From Octopus sinensis (taxonomy: Eukaryota): a stretch of DNA of 64,000 bases. The stretch's first letter is position 1; each line of letters starts with the position of its first letter. Where the stretch lies: assembly GCF_006345805.1 (NCBI RefSeq), contig NC_043021.1, forward strand, positions 6,758,001 to 6,822,000, given 5' to 3'. The notes beneath the pieces were generated by a model. That model did no database searches and was not told the origin of the DNA. It saw only the letters and a program-made list of their open reading frames with translations. This document shows, piece after piece, positions 26,081 to 39,880 of the stretch. Both the position numbers and the translations under genes were made by a program.

Positions 26081-27313
26081 TATTTCTTTGATTCTTAAAT
26101 AAAACAGTTTTGTAACCAAGCAACTAAGTGGCCCACACGAGTCCTTGTTTCTTTTCAATGCAACATCCAACCATCCGTCATCTCATATTTAACAACTATG
26201 ATAATAATGGTGGTGATGATGATTACGATGAACGGTGATGATGACAATGATAATGATTTTAAATAACCATTCGTTATACCAGCGGTACCGAAAACAAAAA
26301 CAGCAGCAGCAGCAGCAGCAGCAACAATATTAATTAATGACAATAATGATAATTAATGATGATTATTAAATGATAATGGAAATATGTTCTGTCCCCTAAT
26401 ACCCTCCACCAGCAGTGACAAATGTTTGGTTTTGGTGCAGCACACCCTCTACCAATAGCAAGAAAAAAGGCGATGTGGGGTTCAAGTAGGTGTTGCTCAT
26501 GAAACCTACACCTGTTAGGGATTCAGAATAAGGGTCAGTCTCAAATACTGCATTTCTTGACACACCTCAACACTCTTGTTATCTTCTGGATTTCTCTACC
26601 CATCTCTCTCTCTCTTCCGCCTCCTCTCTCACGCACGCTTTCCCTCACACTTACATGCACACTCACTGGATTAGGTCGGCGTCTTCAGTTGTTAGTTTGA
26701 TTGCAGTGAAAAAGGGTGCCAGGGATTTGGTATGCTGCTTGATGTGTTCTTGGGTGCAATTAGCGTTTGGAGAATTCTGACTTTGTACAGTTGGTGAGTG
26801 GAGGACATCAGAATAGTTGGTGAGTGGAAGATAAGAGTTTGATAGAGATGTTGAGTGCAGCATGTTGAGTGCAGCTGGTGTGATACTCATGCATCCAGTG
26901 AATGGAAGACATTGGTGCAACTGATGAGTGGAGTTTGTTGGTGCATCTGTTGAGTGAAGCATGTTGGTGTAGCTAGCTGACGAGTGGAGTATGTTGGTGT
27001 GCAGGTGTTTTGAGTGGAGTGTGCTGGTGCAATTGTTAATTTAACATTTTAACACCAATAGAAGTTGTTTCTAACCCAAACTCTAATCCATTGTTTTGTC
27101 TTGAAATGAACTTTGTTAACTTGTTGTTCCAAACCAATGTTAGTAATTGTTAGTGGTGGCCATCTCTGGACCTGGTCATTAATATAATTAAATAGACATT
27201 TGTGGCGTAAAATCTCTCTCTACATATTTCTTCCAATGCATATCTCTCTGCTTACATATTTAACGTCTTTAATTGTCTCTCTTTCTCTCTCTCTCTATAC
27301 ATATATATATGTG

Positions 27314-27376
<63 letters not shown>

Positions 27377-27379
27377 ATA

Positions 27380-27414
<35 letters not shown>

Positions 27415-28661
27415 TATTTCTTTGATTCTTAAATAAAACAGTTTTGTAACCAAGCAACTAAGTGGCCCACACGAGTCCTTGTTTCTTTTCAATGCAACAT
27501 CCAACCATCCGTCATCTCATATTTAACAACTATGATAATAATGGTGGTGATGATGATTACGATGAACGGTGATGATGACAATGATAATGATTTTAAATAA
27601 CCATTCGTTATACCAGCGGTACCGAAAACAAAAACAGCAGCAGCAGCAGCAGCAGCAGCAACAATATTAATTAATGACAATAATGATAATTAATGATGAT
27701 TATTAAATGATAATGGAAATATGTTCTGTCCCCTAATACCCTCCACCAGCAGTGACAAATGTTTGGTTTTGGTGCAGCACACCCTCTACCAATAGCAAGA
27801 AAAAAGGCGATGTGGGGTTCAAGTAGGTGTTGCTCATGAAACCTACACCTGTTAGGGATTCAGAATAAGGGTCAGTCTCAAATACTGCATTTCTTGACAC
27901 ACCTCAACACTCTTGTTATCTTCTGGATTTCTCTACCCATCTCTCTCTCTCTTCCGCCTCCTCTCTCACGCACGCTTTCCCTCACACTTACATGCACACT
28001 CACTGGATTAGGTCGGCGTCTTCAGTTGTTAGTTTGATTGCAGTGAAAAAGGGTGCCAGGGATTTGGTATGCTGCTTGATGTGTTCTTGGGTGCAATTAG
28101 CGTTTGGAGAATTCTGACTTTGTACAGTTGGTGAGTGGAGGACATCAGAATAGTTGGTGAGTGGAAGATAAGAGTTTGATAGAGATGTTGAGTGCAGCAT
28201 GTTGAGTGCAGCTGGTGTGATACTCATGCATCCAGTGAATGGAAGACATTGGTGCAACTGATGAGTGGAGTTTGTTGGTGCATCTGTTGAGTGAAGCATG
28301 TTGGTGTAGCTAGCTGACGAGTGGAGTATGTTGGTGTGCAGGTGTTTTGAGTGGAGTGTGCTGGTGCAATTGTTAATTTAACATTTTAACACCAATAGAA
28401 GTTGTTTCTAACCCAAACTCTAATCCATTGTTTTGTCTTGAAATGAACTTTGTTAACTTGTTGTTCCAAACCAATGTTAGTAATTGTTAGTGGTGGCCAT
28501 CTCTGGACCTGGTCATTAATATAATTAAATAGACATTTGTGGCGTAAAATCTCTCTCTACATATTTCTTCCAATGCATATCTCTCTGCTTACATATTTAA
28601 CGTCTTTAATTGTCTCTCTTTCTCTCTCTCTCTTATATACACATATATATATGTATGTATG

Positions 28662-28690
<29 letters not shown>
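25990..28690. repeat. Tandem duplication, ~1337-bp unit
   Basis: Identical ORFs at 26663/28000. (CAG)7 versus (CAG)8 in the two copies. Junction inside (CT)n(TA)n. Confidence 0.9.
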
Positions 28691-28714
<24 letters not shown>

Positions 28715-29286
28715 CCTTCCTTATCTTACTTTCCTATCTAATTCCCTTCTGTTTCACCTCACTTTTTATCTTCATCACCATCATCATCTCTGATGCTGTC
28801 ATCTCCCCACAGCCAAAACACAAGACAACCGTTAATCTCATCAGCTCACACACACCCACACACACTTTTTCTCCATCTTACTAAACCACATTATCGTCCT
28901 TCACTTTTCATCTCTTCATCCGCCACTTTTACAATCATCACTGTTGGAAGAGTAACATCTTTTAAAAAGTCTTTGAGACTTGCATGATTTGGTCACCATT
29001 CTGCCATTTGTTCTGTAACTTCCATGTGACCAGCACCAACTGCTGTATCATTTCCATACCTAAAATATCATCGATTTGATGCTTAATAATATTTGGCTGC
29101 ATGTCTTTCTCACTCCTTCCTACAGATGCCCTGCTGTCGGCTATAAAGCCTAGATTTATACATTTCTGCACCAGCTGTACTAAAGCAGTAATAGTAGTTG
29201 TAGTAGTAGTAGTAGCAGCAGCAGCTCTGACTGTTGCTGTTTAATTAAACTACATCACCGTTTCGAGTTTTTATCTCTTCGTCCTG

Positions 29287-30199
29287 TAACCATTTTGCTA
29301 CCATATTTCTGTTGAGATGCTCCGTGTTTCTTTCAATTAATTTTAAATATAACGAAGAACTTAGTAAAATAATTTAGTTATCATTAAGTTAGTGTTAGGG
29401 AACGTAAATTGTGACTAAGGTTTTTGGTGGAAGATTTTAATTCAGAACTTTTGAAAACAAGACATTTGTACTACAGAGCCAGACCTGGTTTCAGGTGGGT
29501 TGGTATCAAAAGGGTTAAATATAACAAGGAATTTAGTAAAATAACTTAGTTATCATTAAGCTAGTGTTAAGAACATAAATTGTGACTAAGGTTTGGTGGA
29601 AGATTTTAATTCAGAACTTTTGAAAACAAGACGTTTGTACTACAGAGCCAGAGGTGGTTTCAGGTGGGTTGGTATCAAAAGAGTTAAATATAACAAGGAA
29701 TTTAGTAAAATAATTTAGTTATCATTAAGCTGGTGTTAGGGAACATAAATTGTGACTAAGGTTTTTGGTGGAAGATTTTAATTCAGAACTTTTGAAAACA
29801 AGACGTTTGTACTACAGAGCCAGAGGCGGTTTTAGCTGGGTTGGTATCAAAAGGGTTAAATATAACAAGGAATTTAGTAAAATAATTTAGTTATCATTAA
29901 GCTGGTGTTAAGAACATAAATTGTGACTAAGGTTTGGTGGAAGATTTTAATTCAGAATTTTAGAAAACAAGATGTGTGTACGACAGAACCAGAGGCAGTG
30001 TCAGCCAGGTTGGTATCAAAAGGGTTAAATATAACAAGGAATTTAGTAAAATAACTTAGTTGTCATTAAGTTAGTGTTAGGAACATAAATTGTGACTAAG
30101 GTTTTTGGTGGAAGACTTTAATTCTGAACTTTTGAAAACAAGACGTTTGTACTACAGAGCCAGAGGCGGTTTCAGGTGGGTTGGTATCAAAAGGGTTAA
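29287..30199. repeat. Five tandem 169-172 bp units derived from the 3' part of the piggyBac-like MITE
   Basis: TTAA junctions at 29343, 29515, 29684, 29856, 30025 and 30196 (units 172/169/172/169/171 bp). A single degenerate left end is at 29287. Confidence 0.9.
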
Positions 30200-30579
30200 T
30201 GACATCCATCGTTAGTTTAAAATCTATTAACAAAACAAATAAAAAACGCATAGGCAAAGAAAATGAAAACAATAAAACTTCCTCGCCAAGAAATTATTAT
30301 TTCATACAACGTAAAACCACAGACAAAACAACAGCCAAAGACATTTGCTGAATCCACAGGTAAAAATTCCTTTTGTGATGTTATGAGGATCTGCTGAAGG
30401 GTTCCTGCTTTTTGGGTAAAAGAAAATACGGGAGGATCAGATGATTGATAGTAAAAAGGGTCACAAAATAACCTTGTTATTTCCCTTTGGTCATCAGTTA
30501 ATTACTTTCACTCCAATTACTCGCCTTTGTAATTTACTTCATCTTAATTTACATCAATGCCAACAAAGGGCAGATTACC

Positions 30580-30803
30580 TATTTCTTTACTACCCACAAG
30601 GGGCTAGACACAGAGAGGTCAAACAAGGACAGACAAACGGATTAAGTCGAATACATCAACCCCAGTGCGTAACTGGTACTTAATTTATCGAACCCGAAAG
30701 GATGAAAGGCAAAGTCGACCTCGGCAGAACTTGAACTCAGAACGTAGCGGCAGTCGAAATATTGGTAAGCATTTCGCCCGGAGTGCTAACGTTTCTGCCG
30801 GCT
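30580..30803 (-). mobile_element. SINE family B
   Basis: Reverse complement of the family B consensus. 9-bp TSD cagattacc at 30571-30579 and 30804-30812. Confidence 0.85.
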
Positions 30804-31057
30804 CAGATTACCATACGACCATTCTGTATGCTTGTTGTAAAAACCTTATTGCCCTCAAAAAAAAGCCTTTGAAATGAGCACATTAGATAATGTACTTTAT
30901 CTCCCATTGCTCTGTGATCACTTCGGTGGCCCTACATGCTGAGGGAGTGAGCTAATGTGTGGAACATACATTTGATCACTATAAACAAATCATTTCTGAA
31001 GGTCGTTCAGCAAAAGCTGAACACTCATACGTCATCATTGGCAGAGAAGTTAATTAA

Positions 31058-31098
<41 letters not shown>

Positions 31099-31131
31099 TG
31101 AGAAAGTTGGTGCGTGAAAGCACGTGGTTGA

Positions 31132-31408
31132 ATATATAGAAAATAGTAAAAAGTGAAAAAACTACAGAAGGCTTGTTGTAAAAGGTTAAAAAATATATAT
31201 TTGAGTCATTATGTCAGAAGAATGTTATAAATTTTTTTCCATACAGTGACATAGTTTTTGAAGAAATTACCGGTTTCGTGTTAACTTTTCAAATTTCTCA
31301 AAACACTGTATGGAAAAAAATTTATAACATTCTTCTGACATAATGACTCAAATATATTTTTTAACCTTTTAAAACAAGCCTTCTGTAGTTTTTTCACTTT
31401 TTACTATT

Positions 31409-31418
<10 letters not shown>
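31132..31418. repeat. Long fold-back element (~115-bp arms) between (TA)n tracts
   Basis: Arms 31132-31248 / 31304-31418 are near-perfect reverse complements, with a further inner stem. A partial single arm recurs at ~46594-46700. Confidence 0.85.
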
Positions 31419-31451
<33 letters not shown>

Positions 31452-31926
31452 ATGAAGAACTTTCCTGCCTATATGTTGCACGTGGACTGTTGGCGATTTT
31501 TTCCCCTATTTTTCCTTCTTTCTATTTGGATTTTCCTGTTTCTGATAAAGAGCTATGCTCGAAATGTTAACAACAACTCTCCCTTCAACAAGCATCAAAT
31601 TAATATATTTCTTGTGCATGTTCTCTCATTCGTTTTTCTCCTATTTTTTTTTTAATTGTTTATTTGATTTGACTATATATATATACATACATATATAAAT
31701 GTACATATATATAATCAGCATTCAGCATCCACTTTTCCATGCTTGCATGGCTCAAACGGAATTTGTCGATGCTGATTTTAAAGATGCCCTTCCTGTCACC
31801 AACCTTCACCTCTTTGCAAGCGAGATGATGTTCCCTATTGCCAGACACAGAAGGCTGGAAACAAATGACGTCACTTGCATGGCTGTGCTGCTCATGTATA
31901 ACCATCACATGATTGCTACACAAGGA

Positions 31927-31967
<41 letters not shown>

Positions 31968-32201
31968 GATGGACTTCCTTCAGTTTTTTTCTACCAAATC
32001 TATTCACAAGGCTTTAGTTAACCTGGGGTTATATTAGAAGACATTTTTCCAAGGTGTCACACAGTGGGACTGAACCTGAAACCATGTAGTTAAGTAGCAT
32101 ACACCCCTAAAAAAAAAAAGAGTGGCCATACCTGGAATTTGTCTGATCATATATCTACTCTGTCACATTTCACCTAGGGCTAAACAACACCAGTATGTAT
32201 A

Positions 32202-32255
<54 letters not shown>

Positions 32256-32334
32256 ATATGTATATATATATATGTGTATATATGTATATATATATATATA
32301 TATGTGTGTATATATATATATGTGTGTATATATG

Positions 32335-32405
<71 letters not shown>

Positions 32406-33932
32406 GTAAGTGTATATATATATATGTGTGTGTGTGTATATATGTATGGATGTGTGTATGTATATATAGTTTATCGAGTGTTCCTTGACTTCTTAATTAC
32501 AAGATCAACTTTTGTCCCACTTCACATCTCCCCTACCTTGATTAAATGACTCTCCCCTCCACCATAAACAGGGGTTGGTCTTGTGTCCCCATCAACTTGT
32601 GTAAGTGTGGTGCCCCATGGGTTTCACTCCACTCTACCTAAAAGACTTCCCCCTTCCGTCTTATCAGTTTGTATAGATGCAGTGGCCCCTATGGTCATCT
32701 CTATCTCTCTCTACCTTCATAGGAGATTATAAACTAATGAAGGAAGCTTCTATGTGGTATATCAATCTGCTAGCAATAGCAGCCAAATCATCCTTAGATC
32801 AAAGAAACAAAATGTCACATCCAGTAATATAGTTGAGAATATATATATAAATATACAAGATGGTCACATCTGGAATATTTTTGATCATAGGCTTACTCAA
32901 TCAGGGTTGACCTAGGGCTAAACAATGAAATTATCATTTATTGGCAAGTGTAGGCTATGAGAAAGATGTAGTTGTTTGTGATTTGATTAGAGTTATTGTT
33001 TGCCACCAAGGGGCATTTGGATCAGTGTTCATCATCATCATCATCATCATCGTCCTCATCATCATTGTCGTCGTCATCATCATCATCATCATTGTCAGAA
33101 AGAGGAAGCCAAAAAAAAAAATTGATATTGGAGTCTTGGCTCACAACATATATCCCATTGCAGGTATTTATTCCTTGGACAAGGTACTTAACTCAACATT
33201 TTCATATTAAGAAATCATCATCATCACCATCATCATCATGGTCGATATCATGGTTACTTTTTTTATAAAAAAAAAATCTATTTTACTACTACTACTACTA
33301 CTATTATTACTACTACTACTAAGGCTGGTGCCGTGATGTAATGGTAAGTGTTTTGGTGGACTGTGTCCATGACATTGTTAATGCGGCTGGAAGAGGCCTA
33401 ACTACCCCCACTTCATGCCATTGTTCCCTTAAATAGATGTATACACACGCACATACACACGCCAAAGTCGTTAGAGGTTATTAATCTAATTATTTAGAAG
33501 AATCATTAGAGTAGGAACACAACAAAATGAATTGCAAGAATGCTAGAGTTTAGCTATGCCTTGGTTTATGTTTTGAGTTGGAATCCTGTTCAGGTCAGTA
33601 AAAAAAGAAAATACCAGTAACGTACTGGGGTCAATATAATCAGTTGTTTTTTTTCTCCCACCAAATTTTTGGCCTTGTGTCTAAATCAGCAACAATCATG
33701 ATGATGAGTGTGATTAATTATGATTAATTGCTATTGGTAAGGCCTGAACCGGGCAAAATGCTTTGTGGCATTTGTTCCGTGTTTATGTTCTGAGTTCAAA
33801 TTCCGCCAACTTTGCCTTTCATCCTTTCGGGGTCAATAAAATAAGTACCAGTTGAGGACTGTGATCGATGTACTCGACTCATCTCCTCCCCCAAAATTGC
33901 TGTCCTTGTGGCAAAATTTGAAACCATCATCA

Positions 33933-33971
<39 letters not shown>

Positions 33972-34405
33972 TATGTTTGACTTTTGCTTTACATTTGCAC
34001 AAGCTGGCTCCAAGTCTCACCCAGAGACCTCAAGAGACAACAAGTTGGAAGCTCATGCTGGTGTTAGGCCTAGGGTGCCATATATTTGGTTTTGTACTTA
34101 GTGTTGTACTAAGGCTGCAAGCTGGCAGAATCGTTAGCATGTCAGGCGAAATGCTTAGTGGTATTTCATCTGCTGCTACGTTTCGAGTTCGAATTCTGCT
34201 TTGGTCAACTTTACCTTTCATCATTTCAGGGTCGATAAATAAAGTATCAGTCAAGTACTGGGGTTGACGTAATCAACTTTCCCATTTCCCACAAATTCCA
34301 GGCCTTGTGCCCATAGTAGAAAGCATTGTTGTTGTTATACCGAAAGCTATTAGATGCCAATTTAAATTGTAGAGATGTAATCCAGAATTTTGGTAACAAG
34401 TCTCT

Positions 34406-34632
34406 TTAACCCTTTAATGTTCAGATTATTCAATCAAACATAATGCCTATTGATTCCCATTGATTTGAATTAATCATGTATTATCTCATATCTTCAAGAT
34501 CTTGATGGTGTAATTACTTAATGTAGAATAACATTGTAGGGTAGGTGTGAGAGCCTGGATCCGGTCAGTTTGAACATAAAACAGATTAACTATTTTGGCC
34601 GGATATGGCCGGTTTAAATACTAAAGGGCTAA
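34406..34632. mobile_element. Second piggyBac-like MITE family
   Basis: ttaaccctttaatgttcag...aatactaaagggctaa. Related copies at ~2712-2930, 23297-23515, 23665-23885, inverted at ~35590-35812, and a 55-bp internal-deletion derivative at ~35360-35414. Confidence 0.75.
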
Positions 34633-36899
34633 ATCTCAGAATCTTTCTTAGGTTTCTTTGCAGATTATAGGGTGAAACTTTTCTGTAGTTTGACAATGTT
34701 TTTGTCTCAATTTCAGTATCCTTCAGCCTCTTTTGTAGCAGTTAAGCTGTTGTGCCTTGTGCACTAATTACCACACTAATTACAGTTTTCACCTTTGCAT
34801 TCCGTAATCTCTTCATCTTGATATTTTTCAATTTTCTCAGTTTTGTAATATTCATTCTGTTATCATATGGGATTGCAAAGTCTATGGTCTTACACTGCTT
34901 TTTTTTTTGTCTTTTGCTTCTTCCACAATTATATTTGGTCTCTTTGATTCAGTAGCATGGAGCAATCTCTATGGAGAAATCCTATAATTATTATTCACCA
35001 CGACAATTTCTGACTCATGGTCACACCACTTTTCCATCAGTTCAAATCTACAAACTGCAGTTAACTGATACAGTCATGCATTTAAATGCCTTTTGTTCTA
35101 GCTTACTGCATTCACTTGGTTAATATTTTCATCCTCTTTTCCACACACTCTGCATTTATTGCCTTACTTTTCTTTGATCAATCTTCATCTCTATGTATAA
35201 ATTGGTTATATTTGTCCTGTCATTTTCTTTCTGTTTTAAAAATCTTTTCCTGTTTCAGTGACTTAGATATTTCTAGCTGCCATTAATAGGCTTTTCTCTC
35301 TGTGTACAAAATATAGTTTCTCAAATCTAAGATTGCAACACTGACAGTTTCTTCTGCATTTAACCCTGTAGCATTCAAACCATCTTATTTTATGTTCAAA
35401 TTAAAAAGGGTAAAGTTGCCTTCTTGAGTCATGCTAACTTATAAGGACCAGTTTCCTTGTTTCCATGGCGTATATATTCCCCCACCAGTCTATCGCTGGA
35501 TTACTAAGATTATTAAGAAGGAATTTGCTGTCAGCTGTAGCATGTTGGGTGCTTATATAGAGGCTCCCTCGTTGGCTCATTCATATAAGCCATTTGCATT
35601 TAAACCAGCCATATCCAGTCAAAATATTCTTCCTGTCTTATGTCCAAACCAATCCAATCATGCCTCTCACACCTACCCTAGAATGTTATTCTAAAAATCA
35701 ATGAATCACATCAAAATCCAGAAGCCACGAGATAATAATGTATGATTAATTCCAAGCAGTGTGAATAAATAAGCAATACATTTGACAGAATAATATGGGA
35801 GTCAAAGGGATAAACCATTCTTGACCCTGTCCCTACATTACAAATGATGATAATAATTCTGATTTTAGCAGAAGCCTGGCAACTTTTGAGTATTTCAACT
35901 TTGGTGGGATTTGAACTCAGAATGTAAAGAATTGGAACGAATATCACAAGGCATTTTATTTTTTCTAATAACTCTACCAATCTGCTGCCCGCAATGATAA
36001 AATCGACTTTAGAAGAATTTGAACTCGGAGTGTAAAGAGCCCAAAGAAATGCTGCTAAGCATTTTGTCTGACTTGTTAACAATTCTACTAGCTCCCTACT
36101 TTAATTATAACCCTTTTTACGTTACTCATCATTATACGCCCGCTTTCCATGCTTGCATAGGCTGGACGGTTTGACTGAGGACCGGTGAGCCGGAGGCTGC
36201 ACCAGGTTCAATCTGATCTGGCAAAGTTTCTACAGCTGGGTGCCCTTCCTAACGCCAACCACTCTGAGAGTGTACTGGGTGCTTTTGCGTGCCACCAGCA
36301 CAAGGGCCAGTCCGGCGGTACTGGCAACGATCACGCTCAAAAGGTGTTTTTACATGCTACCTGCACGGGAGCCAGTCCAATGGCACTGGCAATGACCACG
36401 CTTGAATGGTGCTTTTCACATGTCACCGGCACAGGAGCCAATCTGGCCCTGGCAACAATCATGCTCAGATGTGCTTTTAACATTCCACTGGCATGAGTGG
36501 AATGTGGCTGCAAAACAGGTTTTTAACTCCACAACTATCGAACCTTTTATCAAGGCACATTGTACCAAAAGACATCATCTTTAATAATCATCATCTTCAT
36601 CTAACATCCAATTTCCATGCTGGCATGGGTTGGACAGTTCGACAGGAGCTGACCAGCTGAAGGGCTGTTCAGGTTCCATGTCTATTTTAGCATGGTTTCT
36701 ATGGTTGGATGTCCTTCCTAATGCCAACCACATTACAGAGTGCATTAGGTGCTTTTACGCAAGACCAGCATGGGTGCTTTTTATGTGACACCAGCACCAA
36801 CAAGCTTGCAAGATTAGGGATGCTCAGCAGGAGACGAACCTGTATGCAAGGGTAACCAAGTCTTTCCTTAGCTTGACCTGTCTTTTCAAGCACAGCAAA

Positions 36900-37262
36900 C
36901 TGCTAGTGGTCTCAGTCCCCTGCCATCCCATCTGAGAGTCCCAACATTTGTAGATCCTTTCTCACCACTTTGTCCTACACCTTCCTGGGCCTATTCCTTC
37001 CACATGTTCCCCCTACATTTAAAGATTGCCACCTCCTCATGCGACTGTCTTTGTTCATATGCATTACATGGCCATACCAGTACAATCTTCTCTTTTGCAC
37101 ACTTCGTCTGATGCTACGTATATCCAGTTTTTCTCTCAAATTAGTTACACTCTTATCATACATGCACACTGATATTACCCATCCAGCAAAACATACTGAC
37201 TTCGTTTCTTTCAAATCTTCTCATATCCTCAGTAGTCGCAGTCCATGTCTCACTGCCATGCA
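36900..37262 (-). mobile_element. RTE-like LINE ORF2 3' fragment
   Basis: ORF 36975..37214 LREKLDIRSIRRSVQKRRLYWYGHVMHM...GRNRPRKV matches the R(L/W)xWxGHVxRM...GRPRKxW C-terminal motif of RTE-clade proteins. Confidence 0.8.
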
Positions 37263-37903
37263 GCAGCATCTTTAATAATGATATTACAAAATCTTTTCCA
37301 AATTCTTGATGATTTCCTACAATAAATTGAAACCTGAATGGTTTGTTTCTTCATTAGAATTATAGTCAGGAACCAATTAGAATGTATTTATGTATATTAG
37401 CTGAACCCATGAAAATTCTTTGTTTTATCAATTCTTTTAACTTTCATTTCATTGTATAGATTTTCCTGACATTTTTTCATGATGTTAAAGAATTTGAAAT
37501 TTGCCTTCAGTTTCATTCCATAGTTAAGGTTATTTCTAGTGTAACCATCAAACTTGTTTCATTGTATTGAAGATTACACTTGTGCCTTTGGTTTCACTCC
37601 ATAGGTAAAGCTATTTAAAGTAAAACAAACAAATGGCATTGACTCGGAAAGTATCATTAAACCCTTCTGAAACTACTTTTGATTTTAGGAATCCCTCGAG
37701 ATTCTTGTGTTTGAAAATTAACTGAAACATGGAAGGTGTTGGAAATCATCGTCAGCTTTTTTCTTTGTTGACGTGGGTTGGGTCAAGACTTCTTAGGTAT
37801 TATTCTGTGACTGAATTCACCTCCTTGTTTTCAAAAGAGGTACTTTATTCTGGTGGTCTTCATATGTTTAACTATTGAGCTGTGTAGAACATAATAGTAT
37901 AGT

Positions 37904-38157
37904 GGTGGACTCACAACATATGAGAGATGGACTCACGACACATGAGTGATGGACTCATGACATGAGTGATAGACTCACAACACATGAGTGATAAACTCAC
38001 GACACATGAGTAATGGACTCACGACATATGAGAGATGGACTCACGACATATGAGTGATGGACTCACGACACATGAGTGATGGACTCATGACATGAGTGAT
38101 AGACTCACGACACATGAGTGATAGACTCACGACACATGAGTGATGGACTCACGACAT
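37904..38157. repeat. 22-bp minisatellite (~11-12 units)
   Basis: Tandem gatggactcacgacacatgagt, with some 20-bp variants. Confidence 0.9.
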
Positions 38158-39477
38158 AGTGCTCAGCTTTTGCCAAACAGTCTGCTCAAATGATTCGTTT
38201 AAAATAATCAAATGCTTGTGCTGTGCATCTCTCCATCAAATCGACATTGTCTGAACAGGTGCAGTGTGTACCACACATCAAGTGTCAAAATGACCACAGA
38301 GCAGCGTGAGATGAAGTGGTTTGCTCAAGAACACAATGCACCACCCAGTCTAGGAATTGAAACTACAATCTTGCAATCATGAGTGCAATACCCTAACCAC
38401 TGGGTCATGCTTCCTCTACTATAGTAATAATAATAGTAATGATGATAATACATTGGTCATGATTGCCCAAGTGGTGTCAATACAAGACATGCCAAAACAA
38501 ACACACACACACACACCCATACATATGATACTCTTGTCAGTCATTAGACTGTGGCCTTGCTGGAGCACTGCCTCGACGGGTATTAGTTATATTGACACTG
38601 CTATTTGTGTGTGTTTTTTTTATTAAATAAAATCTGAAGTCGTTTGAGTGATCTATATTTATCACACTGCTAAGTTTTGGGGCATAAACAGACCCCATTC
38701 TTATTTCAAGTGATCACGTGTAAAAACAAAGTCTCTCTCTCTCACACACACATACACAGAATAGGCTTCCATGTATTTTCTGCCTACCAATTTCACTCGA
38801 AAGGCATGGTCATCCTGAGGCTGTAATCGAAGCCACTTGACCAAAGTATCATGCTGTGAGACAAAAACCAAAACCGTATGGCTCAAAAGCAAATTCTTAA
38901 CCATAGGCTATACCTGTACCACACACACACACCACACACACCTAGATATAGGGCTTCCCTAGTCTCCCTGCCAAATTTTGCGCACAAGATATTGGTTAAC
39001 CTAAGGCTATAGATTAGTGACTTATCTAGGGTTCATATAAAATTTTGTTAAAATTTATGAACAACAAACTGGTTATATATCTCCAATACACAAAATAGTT
39101 TAATCTTTTTAAACAATTTTTAATAATATTTAATTGCACGCTGGGGTCAATGTAATAGACTTACCCACACACAAACACCCAAATTACTGGTCTTGTACCA
39201 CAATGAGAAATCAGTTTTAATTATTTTTATATCCTTGTGTTGGATATATAACGAAAGTATTTACGCGATGCACTACTTTTGCTATTAGACAAGACTCACC
39301 ACTCTCAATGACAGCTCACAGTGAACTGCTTGCCAACCCGAACTCCTGACGACTCAACAGTTGTCTATTTAATAGAAATGTCTCAGTCCAATTTTAGTCA
39401 CAGTGAGGGTGGTCAGAATCCTTCCTCAACAGTTTCTGCAAAATAGGGGTAGCTTATCCTGTTCAGGCTATATTATT

Positions 39478-39711
39478 TATTTCTTTATTGCCCACAGGGA
39501 GCTAAACATAGAGGGTACAAACAAGGATAGACAAAGTCTATTAAGTCGATTACATCGACCCCAGTGCGTAGTTGGTACTTATTTAATCGACCCCGAAAGG
39601 ATGAAAGGCAAAGTCGACCTTGGTGGAATTTGAGCTCAGAACGTAACGGCAGACGAAACATCGCTAGCCATTTCGCCCGGCGTGCTAACGTTTCTGCCAG
39701 CTCGCCGCCTT
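39478..39711 (-). mobile_element. SINE family B
   Basis: Reverse-complement full copy. 17-bp TSD gttcaggctatattatt at 39461-39477 and 39724-39740. Confidence 0.85.
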
Positions 39712-39880
39712 ACTATATTATTAGTTCAGGCTATATTATTAGCATTATCCTGTGTTTGAGAATTTAAAATCACTTCTTTAACTTTCTAAGACATCTCAGC
39801 GCTTCTTTGAATTTAACGTATGATAGTGTCTCATAAAGTGAGATTATATATCTTAAATTTGCGGAAGAATTTGTGGTGTG

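Noticed and set aside
25003-26677. 17/18-nt inverted match between 25003-25020 and 26660-26677 covering a GT donor-like site
   Set aside because: A single match of this length is within chance expectation for a 64-kb window, with no extended complementarity.
26663-26962. 99-aa minus-strand ORF (duplicated at 28000-28299)
   Set aside because: Built from degenerate short repeats (gttggtgagtggag-like), with no recognisable domain. It is duplicated only because of the 1337-bp tandem duplication.
28793-28987. Phase-compatible candidate terminal HIPK exon after ...ccccacAG (SQNTRQPLISSAHTHPH...)
   Set aside because: Only vague His/Pro similarity, part of it is a (CA)n tract, and no HIPK terminal motif is present.
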